Source: an uncultured Thermotogae bacterium (GTDB taxonomy: Bacteria; Bipolaricaulota; Bipolaricaulia; UBA7950; UBA9294). From it: 64,000 nucleotides of DNA. The stretch is taken from positions 33,777 to 97,776 of the forward strand of contig CAZFZM010000007.1 in the NCBI GenBank assembly GCA_964523545.1. The letters are read 5' to 3'. The notes under the pieces were generated by a model. It had not been told where the DNA came from and did no database searches. It saw nothing but the letters and a program-made list of their open reading frames with translations. Numbering within the stretch: the first letter of the stretch is position 1; each line of letters begins with the position of its first letter. Shown here in pieces: positions 18,090-29,060 of this stretch. The translations under genes were made by a program, and so were the position numbers.

Positions 18090-19733
18090 TCACTTGCCCG
18101 GACATTGTGCGGCGACCGCCGGATCGATCCCTTTGTTCCCGTAGGCGGTGTCGAAGTGGGCCGCGAACTCGCCGGCCAGCTTCGACGCCCGTGCCCTGTA
18201 CTTCGCCGCGTCCTGCCACGCGCGTTCCGGTCTGAGGATCTCGGGTGGCACCCCGGGACAGGATCGAGGAATCGACACGTGGAAGAGCTCGTCTCGATCG
18301 TACGCCACGTCCCGAAGCCCACCCGACAGGGCGGCGTGAACCATCGTCCGGGTGAGTGAGATGTCCATCCTCCCGGCCTCCCCGTACGGGCCACCGCTCC
18401 ATCCGGTGTTGACGAGGTAGACGTCGGTCCCGTGTGCGTCGAGCCGCTCGCCGAGCATCCGCGCGTAGACGTCGGGGTTGCGCGGCATGAACGGCTCCCC
18501 GAAGAACCGGGAGAAGGTCGTCTTCGGTTCGACGACGCCGGTCTCGGTCCCGGCGAGCTTGCTCGTGTAGCCCATCAGGAACCAGAGCATCGCCTGCTCT
18601 TTCGTCAGGAGCGCGATCGGGGGAAGGACCCCGTTCGCGTCCGCAGTGAGAAAGAGGATCGTTCGAGGATGTCCGCCGATCGACGACGGCTTCACGTTCG
18701 AGAGGAACCGCAGAGGGTACGAGCCGCGGGTGTTCGGGGTGAAACGATCGTCGGTCAGGTCGAACGTCCCGTCCGGACGCAGCACCGCGTTCTCCACGAT
18801 CGCGCCGTGTCGCTCGACGGCGTCCTCGTGCAGGACCGCGCGGTAGATCTCCGGCTCCTTCGTCGGATCGAGGTCGATCAGCTTCGCGTAGCAGCCGTTC
18901 TCGAAGTTCGCGATCCCGCGATCGCTCCACCCGTGCTCGTCGTCTCCGAGAAGCGCGCGATGCGGGTCCGCGGAGAGTGTCGTCTTCCCCGTCCCGGACA
19001 GGCCGAGCAGGAGGGCGATGTCTCCGTCGGGTCCCTCGTTCGCCGAGCAGTGGAGCGGGAGAACGCCCTCGGCGGGGAGCAGGTAGTTCGCCACGGTGAA
19101 CAACAGCTTCTTCACCGAGCCGCAGTACGCCGATCCGTAGACGACGCCGATTCGCCGATCGAGGTCCATCCCGATGACCATCGTCGACGTCCCGCCGATC
19201 CGCGGATCGAACCGCAGCCGTCCCTCGTACCGGCGGGGATCGAGCTTGTCATACGGCAGCGCAAACAGGTGAAACGGGCGACCGGCGAAGACGCTCTCAC
19301 CGATTTCGGGGGGAACGGGCCGGAACATGTTGTCGACGAACAGCGCCGTCAGCGCGCGGTCGGTGACGACCTTGACCGGCATCGCGTACGAAGGATCCGC
19401 TCCGATCGTTCGGTCGAGTTCGTAGACCCGATCCTTGCCGCCGAGCGTCTCCATCGCGTCCTCGAGGATCCGATCGAAGGTCTCTTCCCCGATCGCGAGG
19501 TTGTTCGGCGAGTCCCAGTCGATCGTCCCCTCGCTCTCGGTGCGGCGGACGATGACCGTGTCCGCCGGGCTTCGTCCGGTCGACTCCGGCGGAGTCCACG
19601 TCGCCAGGGCGCCGGACGCGCTGACCTTCGCCTCGCCGCGGCCGATCGTGGCTCGGATCAGTTCCTCTCTTCGCGGGTTCGCGTCGGCGCTCGAGCGCGC
19701 CAGCAGCCGCTTCAGATTCCGGTCGAAGTCCAT
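18090..19733 (-). CDS. pckA: Phosphoenolpyruvate carboxykinase (ATP)
   Basis: Kinase-1a GLSGTGKTTLS, PEPCK-ATP family motifs. Start chosen at MDFDRNLKRLL...; an ATG 10 codons upstream is an alternative. Confidence 0.9.
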   Translation of the reverse strand: MDFDRNLKRLLARSSADANPRREELIRATIGRGEAKVSASGALATWTPPESTGRSPADTVIVRRTESEGTIDWDSPNNLAIGEETFDRILEDAMETLGGKDRVYELDRTIGADPSYAMPVKVVTDRALTALFVDNMFRPVPPEIGESVFAGRPFHLFALPYDKLDPRRYEGRLRFDPRIGGTSTMVIGMDLDRRIGVVYGSAYCGSVKKLLFTVANYLLPAEGVLPLHCSANEGPDGDIALLLGLSGTGKTTLSADPHRALLGDDEHGWSDRGIANFENGCYAKLIDLDPTKEPEIYRAVLHEDAVERHGAIVENAVLRPDGTFDLTDDRFTPNTRGSYPLRFLSNVKPSSIGGHPRTILFLTADANGVLPPIALLTKEQAMLWFLMGYTSKLAGTETGVVEPKTTFSRFFGEPFMPRNPDVYARMLGERLDAHGTDVYLVNTGWSGGPYGEAGRMDISLTRTMVHAALSGGLRDVAYDRDELFHVSIPRSCPGVPPEILRPERAWQDAAKYRARASKLAGEFAAHFDTAYGNKGIDPAVAAQCPGK

Positions 19734-19836
19734 CCCATCCCACCCGTCGCGGCAACGACTCATGTCGCCGCTCGTCGCAGTCGCCGGATCATATCAGACC
19801 GCTCGGCCGCACGAAAGGACGATCGCCGGTGCGCGA

Positions 19837-20604
19837 TCAGACCGACAGCCGGAACAGCCGGACCGCGCTCTCCGTCGTCCGCGCGGCGACGTCCTCGACA
19901 TCGATCTCCTTCAACGTCGCGATCTCTTCGGCGACGTACCGCACGTACGACGGTTCGTTGCGGCGCCCGCGGTACGGGACCGGCGTCAAGTACGGACAGT
20001 CCGTTTCGATCAGCAGCCGCTCCAGCGGCACGGCCTTGACGGCTTCGCGAAGGGCGCCGTTCTTCGGGAAGGTCACCGGTCCCCCGATCCCGAGGTGAAG
20101 GCCGAGGTCGAGGAACTCCCGAGCGAGCTCCGCGTCGCCGAGGAACGAGTGAACCACGCCTCGGTGCCCGTCACCGACCCGCCGGAGGATCGCGAGAAGA
20201 TCGTCGGTCGACTCCCGGTTGTGCAGGCAGATCGGCAGGTCGACGCGCCGCGCCAGATCGAGCTGCTCCCGGAAGGCCCTCCGCTGCGCGTCCCGTGGGG
20301 AGAGATCCCGATAGTAGTCGAGGCCGATCTCCCCGATCGCGACGGCCTCGCCGTGCCTGGCGAGTTCTTCCAACTCGCCAAGCACGACGCCGTCGACATG
20401 CTTGGCGTCGTGCGGATGGACGCCGACCGTCGCCCAGATCCGCCGATGCCGCCGAGCCAGACGGACGACCTCCCGGCTCGAACCGAGATCGGAACCGATC
20501 GTGACGATTCCGATTCCTTCGGCGAACGCGCGCGCGATCACGGCGGCGCGATCCTTCTCGAACGCGCGGTCGTCGAGGTGGGCGTGACTGTCGATCAACC
20601 GCAT
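19837..20604 (-). CDS. tatD: TatD-family metal-dependent hydrolase/DNase
   Basis: MRLIDSHAHLD start motif, TIM-barrel amidohydrolase His/Glu/Asp residues. The R-rich N-terminal extension is rejected. Confidence 0.85.
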   Translation of the reverse strand: MRLIDSHAHLDDRAFEKDRAAVIARAFAEGIGIVTIGSDLGSSREVVRLARRHRRIWATVGVHPHDAKHVDGVVLGELEELARHGEAVAIGEIGLDYYRDLSPRDAQRRAFREQLDLARRVDLPICLHNRESTDDLLAILRRVGDGHRGVVHSFLGDAELAREFLDLGLHLGIGGPVTFPKNGALREAVKAVPLERLLIETDCPYLTPVPYRGRRNEPSYVRYVAEEIATLKEIDVEDVAARTTESAVRLFRLSV

Positions 20605-22145
20605 CCCTCGACCTCTCGGAGCGCCTCGGGGATCCGATCGATCAGGTCCGACGGAGTGAGAGACCGGGCCGAGCGCTTCCGCGCGTAGATCTCCGCGGCG
20701 AGGCCGTGTACGTAGGTCCCGGCGAGGGCCGCGTCGGCGAGTGGGGCCCCACCGGCAATGAACCCGGCAATCAGACCGGTGAGCACGTCTCCGCTCCCGC
20801 CTGTCGCGAGGCCGTCGGTCCCGGTCGGATTCAAGTAGACGCCCCCTTCGGGGAGCCCGATTGCCGTCGGTCGGCCCTTGAGGACGAGAACGACCCCGTG
20901 TTCGCGGGCGAACTCTCCCGCGACGTCTCGGCGCTCCGCGTCGATCCATTCCGGCGCCTCGCCCGCCATCGCTCCGAGTTCCCCCGGATGCGGGGTCAGG
21001 ATCGCCCGCCCGGCGAGCCGGGCCAGGACGTCCTCGTGTCCGTCGAGGGCGTACAGCCCGTCGGCGTCGAGAACGATCGGGCCGGAGAACAGCTCGAAGA
21101 CCGCACGCACCGCGTCGAGCGCCGCCGGGGCACGCGAGAGACCCGGTCCGACGGCCAGAACCCCGGCACGCTGCATCACGTCACGAAGGCGGGCGCTCTC
21201 GATGCTCGCGATGTGCCCTTCCTCATCGGGAAGCGGGATCGTGAGGACCTCGGGGAGCGTCGCTTCGAAGACCGGTTCGAGAGAGGCCGGTGCGGCCAGA
21301 TACACCAGTCCGGCTCCGGCCCGCAGCGCCCCGCGGCAGCAGAGGATCGCCGCCCCGGTCATTCCCGTCGACCCGGCAAAGATCAGGACCCGGCCGAACG
21401 TCCCCTTGTGGCCGTCCGGCCGTCGGGCGGGCAACCGGTGTCGGATCCCCGATGCCTCGCAGACCCGCGCCCACGGCTCGGCGTTCCGAAGGACGGACCC
21501 CGGATAGGCAACGTCGACGACGGCCGTGTTCCCGCAGTGCCCGGCCGCGGGGTAGAACAGGTGCGCCGGCTTGAGGAACGCCATCGCGAGGGTGACGTCG
21601 GCGCGGACCGCTTCGCCTGTCGTATCGCCGCTGTCCGATGCCAGCCCGCTCGGCAGATCGAGGGAGACCGTCTTCGCGCGGCTCGCGTTCAGTTGCTCGA
21701 CGAACCGGAGCGCCTCCCCGTCCAACCGTCGGGTCAGGCCGCTCCCGAACAGCCCGTCGACGACGCAGTCGGCCCGATCGAGCGCCGTGGCCAGCTCGTC
21801 GGCGGAAGCGGGCCGGGCCGGATTGGCGCCGGTGGCGCCGAGCCGCTCGGCCATTCTCCGGACCGCCGGCGAACAGTTCGGGAGCGGGGAGAGCAGAAGT
21901 GTCTGAACGTCGACGTCCGCCTCGCGCAGGCGGCGCGCGACGACGAGCCCGTCGCCGCCGTTGCCACCCGGTCCGACGAGGACGACCGCCCGCCGGGGGC
22001 GGAGCCGGTCGAGGATCCACGCGGCCGCGCTCGCGCCGGCGCTCTCCATCAGCGCGTCCCGCTCGATCCCCGACGCGTTCGCGCGCTCGTCGAGCTCCCG
22101 TTGATCCGCCGCTCGCAGCACCCACCGTTCGTCAGCGACGCCCAT
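20595..22145 (-). CDS. nnr: Bifunctional NAD(P)H-hydrate epimerase/dehydratase (YjeF N+C)
   Basis: YjeF-N (GPGGNGGDGLV) fused to carbohydrate-kinase-like YjeF-C (GTGDVLTG). GGAGG RBS. Overlaps the tatD start by 10 nt. Confidence 0.85.
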   Translation of the reverse strand: MGVADERWVLRAADQRELDERANASGIERDALMESAGASAAAWILDRLRPRRAVVLVGPGGNGGDGLVVARRLREADVDVQTLLLSPLPNCSPAVRRMAERLGATGANPARPASADELATALDRADCVVDGLFGSGLTRRLDGEALRFVEQLNASRAKTVSLDLPSGLASDSGDTTGEAVRADVTLAMAFLKPAHLFYPAAGHCGNTAVVDVAYPGSVLRNAEPWARVCEASGIRHRLPARRPDGHKGTFGRVLIFAGSTGMTGAAILCCRGALRAGAGLVYLAAPASLEPVFEATLPEVLTIPLPDEEGHIASIESARLRDVMQRAGVLAVGPGLSRAPAALDAVRAVFELFSGPIVLDADGLYALDGHEDVLARLAGRAILTPHPGELGAMAGEAPEWIDAERRDVAGEFAREHGVVLVLKGRPTAIGLPEGGVYLNPTGTDGLATGGSGDVLTGLIAGFIAGGAPLADAALAGTYVHGLAAEIYARKRSARSLTPSDLIDRIPEALREVEGCG

Positions 22146-23085
22146 CGCCCGCCTCCAGAAACCGCTCCCAGGCCGCGACGATCTCACCCGCAACTTCACT
22201 CGCACTCCGTCCGGTCACGTCCCACCAGCTTACACCCTTCTCGCGCCGGAACCAGGCGGTCTGCCTGCGGACGAGACCCCACGTTCTGTTCGCGATCTCC
22301 CGCTCCATCCCGTCCCCCGAAATGCGACCGTCGATGTGCGCCATCGCTTCAGGTACACCGATCGTCCGATACGCCTGGCAATCCGGATCGAGACCCTCTT
22401 CCCGAAGCCGCCTGACCTCGTCGACCAGTCCTCTCTCGACCATCCGACGGACGCGCGCCGCGATCGCCGCCCGATGATCGGCACGCGCCCGCCGAAGGCC
22501 GACGACGAAGAACCGAAGCGGGAGCGGCGCCGCTTCGGCCTGCCACGCAGAGATCGGCCGTCCGGTCAGTCGATGGACCTCGAGCGCGCGCGTGATCCGC
22601 AAGCGATCGTTCGGGTGAATCGATCTCGCCGCCGCCGGATCGGCCGACTGAAGCTCTTCGTACAACTCGCCGACGCTCCGCTCCTCCATCGCCGCGCGGA
22701 GTCGGTCGTCCTTCGCCGGTCCCTCGAAGATCCCGCGAAGGATCGCCCCGAGGTAGAGCGTCCCGCCTCCCACGACGACCGCGACGTGCCCGCGGGCGGC
22801 GATCTCCGGGATCAACCGCTCAACGTCCCTTCGAAACGCCATCGCGTCGTACGTTTCGCGTAGCGGCACGCAGTCGATCAGATGGTGGGGAATCCCGCTT
22901 CGTTCCACTTCGGACGGCTTGTCGGTGACGACGTCCAGCCCGACGAAGAACGCCCGCGAGTCGGCCGAGATGATCTCCCCGTCGAGACGCGAGGCGACCT
23001 CGACGCCGACCGCCGTCTTGCCGACCGCCGTCGGCCCCAGGAGGACCAGGACCGGGTCTCGACGGCCCTCGGTCGGCCGGGCCAC
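22132..23085 (-). CDS. miaA: tRNA dimethylallyltransferase
   Basis: P-loop GPTAVGKT and IPHHLID motif. GTG start. Overlaps the nnr start by 14 nt. Confidence 0.9.
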   Translation of the reverse strand: MARPTEGRRDPVLVLLGPTAVGKTAVGVEVASRLDGEIISADSRAFFVGLDVVTDKPSEVERSGIPHHLIDCVPLRETYDAMAFRRDVERLIPEIAARGHVAVVVGGGTLYLGAILRGIFEGPAKDDRLRAAMEERSVGELYEELQSADPAAARSIHPNDRLRITRALEVHRLTGRPISAWQAEAAPLPLRFFVVGLRRARADHRAAIAARVRRMVERGLVDEVRRLREEGLDPDCQAYRTIGVPEAMAHIDGRISGDGMEREIANRTWGLVRRQTAWFRREKGVSWWDVTGRSASEVAGEIVAAWERFLEAGDGRR

Positions 23086-23092
23086 GTCGTTC

Positions 23093-24472
23093 CTAGTCTT
23101 CCGCGAGGAGGAGCTCGCGGAACCGTTTCAACTCGGCGCGGCGGGACGGATGCTTCAGCTTCTCGATCGCCTTGATCTCGATCTGGCGGACCCGCTCGCG
23201 GGTGATGTTGAACTTGAGCGACACGTCCTTGAGCGTTCGAGGATGCCCGTCCTCGAGCCCGTACCGAAGCTTGAGGATCTCGCGCTCCCGTTCGTCGAGC
23301 TGATCGAGCGCGCGGGAGAGCTGCTCGCGAAGGAACATCCGGAACGTCTCCTTCGTCGGAGACGGCGAGGACGGATCCTCGATGAAATCGCCGAGCGTGT
23401 CCTCGTCCTCGTCACCGATCGGCCGCTCGAGCGACGCGGTGTACTGCGAGACGGACTCGACCTTCTTGATCTTGTCGATCGACATCCCGGTCAGCTCGGA
23501 CAGATCTTCGAGGGTCGGGGCCGAGCCGTGGGACTGGATGTACTCACGTTTGACCCGGTTCAGCTCGCGCACGGTCTCGATCATGTGGACCGGGACGCGG
23601 ATCGTTCGAGACTGGTCGGCGATCGCCCGGGTGATCGCCTGGCGGATCCACCACGTCGCGTAGGTCGAGAACTTGTAGCCCCGCGTGTAGTCGAACTTCT
23701 CGACCGCCTTCATCAGCCCCATGTTCCCTTCCTGGATCAGATCGAGGAACGACAGGCCGCGATTCATGTACCGCTTGGCGATCGAGACGACGAGACGCAG
23801 GTTCGAAATGGTCAAGCGGTCGCGCGCCGCCCGTCCCGTGCGGACCAACTCGTTGAGCTGCTCGAGCGTCGGCTTCTTGGGAAGCTCGTCACCGAGCTTC
23901 TCCTCGAACGAGGAGGAGACGAGGAGTTCGGCCGCCGCGCTCCCCTTCTCGACCAGGTCCTCGAGTTCGACCCGCTCGACGTCGGGAAGGCTCTTGTTCT
24001 TCCTCAGCTCCGACTTCGCGTCCTTGCCCGCCTGTACGGCGATCGACAGCTCGGCGTACGCGCCGAGCTCCATCGCCTTGGCGAGCTCCACTTCGCCCTC
24101 CTTGGTGAGAAGCGGAACCTTGCCGATCTCGCGCAGGTACGTCTTGACCGGATCCTCACGGCGGGCGGACGCATCACGATCCCTCCACTGCGAGGCCATC
24201 TGCGCCTTGAGGGCCCTCTTCGCCACGGACTCCTGGAGGATGTCGTCGGTCTCCGAGTCCCCTTCCTCGTCCTCGAGCAGGTCCTCGGGATCGGTCAAAT
24301 CGTCCTCAAGGGGGTCGGTCGGAGCGGACTCCTTGTCCTTGTCCTTGCTCTCGGCGCTCGCTTCTTCCGGAGAGGACGCCTCAACCGCGTCGTCGGGCTC
24401 GGCCTCCGCGACGGTGCGCTTCGGCTTCGCCGGGTCCTTCTTGGAAGTCCCCTTCTGCTTCTTGGCGGTCAT
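23093..24472 (-). CDS. rpoD: RNA polymerase sigma-70 primary sigma factor
   Basis: Regions 1.2-4.2 conserved ([44 protein letters not shown]). Start overlaps the dnaG stop (ATGA). Confidence 0.95.
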   Translation of the reverse strand: MTAKKQKGTSKKDPAKPKRTVAEAEPDDAVEASSPEEASAESKDKDKESAPTDPLEDDLTDPEDLLEDEEGDSETDDILQESVAKRALKAQMASQWRDRDASARREDPVKTYLREIGKVPLLTKEGEVELAKAMELGAYAELSIAVQAGKDAKSELRKNKSLPDVERVELEDLVEKGSAAAELLVSSSFEEKLGDELPKKPTLEQLNELVRTGRAARDRLTISNLRLVVSIAKRYMNRGLSFLDLIQEGNMGLMKAVEKFDYTRGYKFSTYATWWIRQAITRAIADQSRTIRVPVHMIETVRELNRVKREYIQSHGSAPTLEDLSELTGMSIDKIKKVESVSQYTASLERPIGDEDEDTLGDFIEDPSSPSPTKETFRMFLREQLSRALDQLDEREREILKLRYGLEDGHPRTLKDVSLKFNITRERVRQIEIKAIEKLKHPSRRAELKRFRELLLAED

Positions 24473-26181
24473 CCATCCCCTTTCGCAGTCAATGTCTTCG
24501 CCTTCAACGCGATCTTCTTCTCCATCAGTCCGTTCCAGCGCTCCCAGTCCCCGGCATCGGCCGCTTCCTCGAGCTGTTTCGTCAGATCCTTCAGTTCCTG
24601 TTCGACTTCGGGCAGCGGCACCAGCCGCGCCAGCGCATCCTCCACCGCCTTGTCCGTGTCGCTGAATCGGACCGGCGCCAACGCGTAGTAGCTCGCCCGA
24701 CGCGATGATTCCTCGTCCAGATGGTCAACCAGCGCGCTCAATTCTGCAACGCCGGCCGCAAGCGCCTCCACGATCGGCCGGTTCCCCTCCGAGAAGGACT
24801 CCGGCGTCGCGAACTCGGAGATCCGATCCCAGGTGATCTCACCGCGAAGGAGAAGGGAGAGGAGGACCTCCTCCTCCCCCCACGTCTCGACCGTGCCCTG
24901 GGCGTCCCGATCCGACCAGTGAACCTCGCGCCGGCGGGGAAGCTCCCTGCGCACGGACTCGACGGAAAGGTCGAGGAGGTCGGCCAGGTGTCTCTCGATC
25001 TCCTCACGGAGCGTCGGCACGCGGACCGCTTGGTAGAACTCCCGCACCGCGTCGAGGATCAGCTCCTTGCCGCGGGCGGTCGACCGGTCGTGCTCCGCAA
25101 GCACCCGATCGACGAAGAACCGATGAAACGGAATCGCCGCTCGGATCGCCGCTTCCATCGCTTCAGCTCCCTCGCGCCGGACGAGGCCGTCCGGGTCCTC
25201 CCCACTCGGCAGCTGGACGACGCGAACCCCGAGCCCGCTGTTCCGCAGGATCTGCATCCCGCGGATCGCCGCCGCGCCGCCGGCCGCGTCCTGGTCGTAG
25301 GAGATCACGACGTCGTCGACGAACCGTTTCAGCAGGTCGGCCTGGCCCTGCGTCAGCGACGTCCCCATGCTTCCGACGGCGTTCGTCAAACCGGCCTGCT
25401 GAAGTGTCAGGACGTCGGTGTATCCCTCGACGAGGACGGCGGTCCGCGTCGCCGCCATCCCCTCACGCGCCCACGGCAACCCGTACAGGAGCCGTCCCTT
25501 GTCGAACAACGGGGTCTTGGGGGAGTTGAGGTACTTCGGTTCGCCCTCGAACGCCCTGCCGCCAAACGCGATCGGCCGGCCGGAGAGGTCGTGGATGGGG
25601 AAGATCGTCCGATCGCGGAAGCGATCGTAGGTGTTCTCGTCCCCGCGGACGAGCAGGCCGAGCTCGACCAGCGTCGCCTCGCCGTGTCGCGACCCGAACC
25701 GCCGCTTCAGATTGTCCCAGCCGGCCAGCGCGTAGCCGAGCCCGTACTGCGCCCAAGACGCCTCGTCGTACCCGCGCTCCAGGAGATACGCGCGCGCCTT
25801 CTTCCCGGCGTCTCCCGTCAGATTGGCGGCGAAGTACTCGGCCGCTTCGGCGGTGATCCGACGGAGCTTCTCTCGCTCGCCGTCCTCGCTCGCCTCGAAC
25901 GACATCCCGACCTCGGCGGCGAGGCGCTTCACCGCCTCGATGAACGACAGCCGCTCGATCTTCATCAGGAAGGCGATGACGTCGCCCCCCTCGCCGCAGC
26001 CGAAGCAGTGCCACAACCCCTTCTCCGCGTTGACGACCATCGAAGGGGTGTCGTCCTTGTGGAACGGGCAGCGGCCCTTGAAGTTGGCCCCCGACTTGGC
26101 CAGCGAGACGTAGCGGGAGATCAGCCCGATGGTGTCGACCCGCTCCTTGATCGCCTGGACGTCCGCGCGGTTCCCCTTCAT
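24469..26181 (-). CDS. dnaG: DNA primase
   Basis: Zn-ribbon [13 protein letters not shown]...CFGCG, TOPRIM domain EGYTDV/DQDAAG. Confidence 0.95.
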   Translation of the reverse strand: MKGNRADVQAIKERVDTIGLISRYVSLAKSGANFKGRCPFHKDDTPSMVVNAEKGLWHCFGCGEGGDVIAFLMKIERLSFIEAVKRLAAEVGMSFEASEDGEREKLRRITAEAAEYFAANLTGDAGKKARAYLLERGYDEASWAQYGLGYALAGWDNLKRRFGSRHGEATLVELGLLVRGDENTYDRFRDRTIFPIHDLSGRPIAFGGRAFEGEPKYLNSPKTPLFDKGRLLYGLPWAREGMAATRTAVLVEGYTDVLTLQQAGLTNAVGSMGTSLTQGQADLLKRFVDDVVISYDQDAAGGAAAIRGMQILRNSGLGVRVVQLPSGEDPDGLVRREGAEAMEAAIRAAIPFHRFFVDRVLAEHDRSTARGKELILDAVREFYQAVRVPTLREEIERHLADLLDLSVESVRRELPRRREVHWSDRDAQGTVETWGEEEVLLSLLLRGEITWDRISEFATPESFSEGNRPIVEALAAGVAELSALVDHLDEESSRRASYYALAPVRFSDTDKAVEDALARLVPLPEVEQELKDLTKQLEEAADAGDWERWNGLMEKKIALKAKTLTAKGDG

Positions 26182-26762
26182 CAGCGACCTCGCTCCATCG
26201 GGATACCGACGAGAAACGGATTGGTTTCGCGTTCCCTATCGAGCGTCGTGGCCGGTCCGTGGCCCGGATAGACGATCGGATCGCCGGGCAGCTCACCGAT
26301 CCGTCGGAGAGACTCTTGCATCTCGCGCGACGATCCTCCGGGCAGATCGGTCCTCCCGATCGAGCCGGCGAACAGGAGATCTCCGGCAAACAGCGCGCCG
26401 TCGGCGACGAGGACGACGCTTCCCGGCGAGTGTCCCGGCGTGTGGAGGACCTTCAACCCGGCGACGATCTCGTCCCCCTCATTCATGTATCGATCGAACG
26501 GCCGATGGTCCGGGAAGAAGTGATCGACGTACGGTAGGTCGGCCCGGTGGATCATCACCGCCGCTCCGTTGCAGGCCCACGCCCCGCCGACGTGATCGAA
26601 GTGTCCGTGGGTGAGGACGACGGCGTCGACCGGCCTGTCGCCGAGGAACGACACGAGCGCCTCCGAATCGTCGGCCGGGTCGATCAACACGGTCCGTCCC
26701 GCAATCTCGACCCGATAGCAGTTCGTCGCCAGAGATCCCAAACAGACCGACGATACGTGCAT
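26181..26762 (-). CDS. MBL-fold metallo-hydrolase (hydroxyacylglutathione hydrolase-like)
   Basis: THGHFDHVGG metal-binding motif. ATG preceded by GAAGGAGAG. Stop overlaps the dnaG start by 1 nt. Confidence 0.75.
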   Translation of the reverse strand: MHVSSVCLGSLATNCYRVEIAGRTVLIDPADDSEALVSFLGDRPVDAVVLTHGHFDHVGGAWACNGAAVMIHRADLPYVDHFFPDHRPFDRYMNEGDEIVAGLKVLHTPGHSPGSVVLVADGALFAGDLLFAGSIGRTDLPGGSSREMQESLRRIGELPGDPIVYPGHGPATTLDRERETNPFLVGIPMERGR

Positions 26763-26773
26763 CCCGCTCTCCT

Positions 26774-27538
26774 TCAGGCTCGGGCGACCGTCAACACCAC
26801 CACGGACGGGTACCCGCCGCGCTTCAGTACCCGGGCGCACTCTTCCACGGTCGATCCGGTCGTGCCGATGTCGTCGACGAGAAGAACCCGCTCCCGACCG
26901 TATCGTAGCAGCCCGAAGGCGTCCCGCAAGTTCGTTTGTCGTTGCCGGGCGGTCAACCGGCCCTGCGGCGGCGTGACCCGGATCTTCTCCAGGGTCCCGC
27001 AAACCGGCTTCCGGAGACGTCTGGCCACGCCGCGCGCCAGAAGCTCCGCCTGATTGAATCCCCGTTCCCGGCGGTCCCGCGGCGTCATCGGGACGTACGT
27101 GATCAGCTCGAACGCGCCTCCGATTCCTCGTTTGTGAATCCAATCGGCCATTCGGCTCGCCAGGAATCGACCGATCGCGGTCTCCTTGCCGAACTTCAGT
27201 CTGCGGACCAGCTCTCCCCAGGGACCGTCGTACGGACCGAGTGACCCGAAGCGATCGACGGCGCGCTCGCGCGTGCCGCAACGGAGACAAAGATCGAGCG
27301 ACGGATCCGGAAGCTCCTCCCCGCAGCGCGTACATCGAGGTCCGGGCAGCCCGGGGAGGGCCGCCTCGCACTCCGGGCAGAGAACCGCCAAGGAGTCGAG
27401 CTCCCCGCCGCAGAGCGCGCAGTCCGGCGGGTAGAGCAGCCCGATCAGTCCCTCGAGGGCGCGTCGGACCGGGTCGACGAGGCTACAGGAGCCGCGCGAC
27501 CCGCACCAGCTGGTGGGTGTACCCCCACTCGTTGTCAT
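26774..27538 (-). CDS. comF: ComF family phosphoribosyltransferase-domain protein
   Basis: N-terminal CxxC..CxxC zinc finger plus C-terminal PRTase motif VLLVDDIGTTGST. The only in-frame start codon (ATG 27538) lies 56 nt inside the 3' end of gap. Confidence 0.7.
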   Translation of the reverse strand: MTTSGGTPTSWCGSRGSCSLVDPVRRALEGLIGLLYPPDCALCGGELDSLAVLCPECEAALPGLPGPRCTRCGEELPDPSLDLCLRCGTRERAVDRFGSLGPYDGPWGELVRRLKFGKETAIGRFLASRMADWIHKRGIGGAFELITYVPMTPRDRRERGFNQAELLARGVARRLRKPVCGTLEKIRVTPPQGRLTARQRQTNLRDAFGLLRYGRERVLLVDDIGTTGSTVEECARVLKRGGYPSVVVLTVARA

Positions 27539-28475
27539 AGAACGCCATGACCTTCAGGAACCGCCCGTCGATGACGTTGGTCGTCGTCAGATCGACGACG
27601 CTCGGGCGATCGTCGCCGATGACGTCGGAGGAGACCATCGGGTCTTCGCTCACGCCGAGAACCCCGGACAGCTCTCCTTCGGCGTAGCGACGGAACAGAT
27701 CGTTGACCTCGTCGGCCGTTGCGTCCTCCGTCAGCTCGACGGTCACGTCGCTGACCGATCCGGTGGCAACCGGAACGCGGAACGCGACCCCGTCCATCTT
27801 CCCGGCGAGCGAGGGGAGGATCTTCGTCGTCGCCTTTGCCGCACCGGTCGTCGTCGGGACGATGTTGATCGCCGCGGCTCGAGCGCGGGACGGCTTCGAG
27901 TGCGGGGCATCGACGAGCCGTTGGTCGCCGGTGTACCCGTGGATCGTCGCGAGCAGCGCGTGGGCGACGCCGATCTCCTTCTCCAGGACGTACATCACCG
28001 GGACGAACGAGTTCGTCGTGCACGACGCCGCGGACACGATGTCCGCGCTCGCCTCGATCGCGTCGTGGTTCACTCCATAGACGATCTGAGGAATGCCCTC
28101 TCCCTTCGGCGGAGCGGAGAGCAAGACCCGCTTGGCTCCGGCCTGCAGGTGAAGCTTCGCCTTCTCGGGCGAGAGGAACACGCCGGTCGACTCGACGACG
28201 AGGTCGATCCCCATCTCGCCCCAGGGAAGCTTGTCCGGCTCCCGCTCGGCCAGCAGCTTGACCACCTTCCCGTCGACGCCCAGCCCTCCGTCCACCTCGT
28301 GAACCTCACGGTCGTACCGGCCGTAGATGGAATCTCGCGTCAACAGGTAGCGCGCCATCTCCGCGTTGAAAAACGGATCGTTGACCGCCACGATCTCCAG
28401 GTCCGGGTCTCCGAACGCGACGCGGAAGAACGCCCTTCCGATCCGCCCGAAGCCGTTGATCGCCACTTTCTTCAT
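27483..28475 (-). CDS. gap: Glyceraldehyde-3-phosphate dehydrogenase
   Basis: NGFGRIGR NAD motif and catalytic SCTTNS. AAGGAGG RBS. Confidence 0.9.
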   Translation of the reverse strand: MKKVAINGFGRIGRAFFRVAFGDPDLEIVAVNDPFFNAEMARYLLTRDSIYGRYDREVHEVDGGLGVDGKVVKLLAEREPDKLPWGEMGIDLVVESTGVFLSPEKAKLHLQAGAKRVLLSAPPKGEGIPQIVYGVNHDAIEASADIVSAASCTTNSFVPVMYVLEKEIGVAHALLATIHGYTGDQRLVDAPHSKPSRARAAAINIVPTTTGAAKATTKILPSLAGKMDGVAFRVPVATGSVSDVTVELTEDATADEVNDLFRRYAEGELSGVLGVSEDPMVSSDVIGDDRPSVVDLTTTNVIDGRFLKVMAFYDNEWGYTHQLVRVARLL

Positions 28476-28478
28476 CCT

Positions 28479-29060
28479 TCAAGCCTCCTTCCCTGTGCCC
28501 TTCCCCTCGATCATCTCGACGAAGTATCGGTGGATCCGCACGTCGTCGGTCAACTCCGGATGAAAGCTGCAGGCCAGCACGTTCCCTTCGCGCGCCATCA
28601 CGGCGATCCCTTCGTAACGGGCCATCGTCTCAACCCCGGGTCCGCTGCGGACGATGTACGGCGCGCGAATGAACACTGCCGGCACCGTACCGATCCCCTC
28701 GACCTCGAGCGCCGTCTCGAAGCTGTCGACCTGGCGCCCGGAAGCGTTCCGCTCGACCGCGATGTCGATCGCACGAACGTACTCCGACGGTCGTCCGTCG
28801 ACCTCCTTTGCCAGGAGGATCATGCCGGCGCACGTCCCGAACATTGGGAAGCCGTCGGCCGCGAGCGCGCGGAGTCGATCGATCAGACCGCCGTCCGCGA
28901 GGAGGGACATCGTCGTCGACTCCCCCCCGGGGAGGATCAGCCCATCGATCTCCGCCAGGTCGTCGGTCTGCTTGACGACGCGCGGGTCGATCCCCAACCG
29001 GGACAGGCTTCTTGCGTGCTCGCGGACGGCCCCCTGCAGGCCGAGGATCCCGATCCTCAT
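28479..29060 (-). CDS. pdxT: Pyridoxal 5'-phosphate synthase glutaminase subunit
   Basis: Class I GATase with catalytic GTCAG and HPE. Start overlaps the pdxS stop (ATGA). Confidence 0.9.
   Translation of the reverse strand: MRIGILGLQGAVREHARSLSRLGIDPRVVKQTDDLAEIDGLILPGGESTTMSLLADGGLIDRLRALAADGFPMFGTCAGMILLAKEVDGRPSEYVRAIDIAVERNASGRQVDSFETALEVEGIGTVPAVFIRAPYIVRSGPGVETMARYEGIAVMAREGNVLACSFHPELTDDVRIHRYFVEMIEGKGTGKEA

Noticed and set aside
28470-28475. Possible non-functional GAPDH because of SCTTNS instead of SCTTNC.
   Set aside because: The catalytic Cys (first C of the motif) and the NAD-binding motif are intact. The second Cys is dispensable in characterised GAPDHs.
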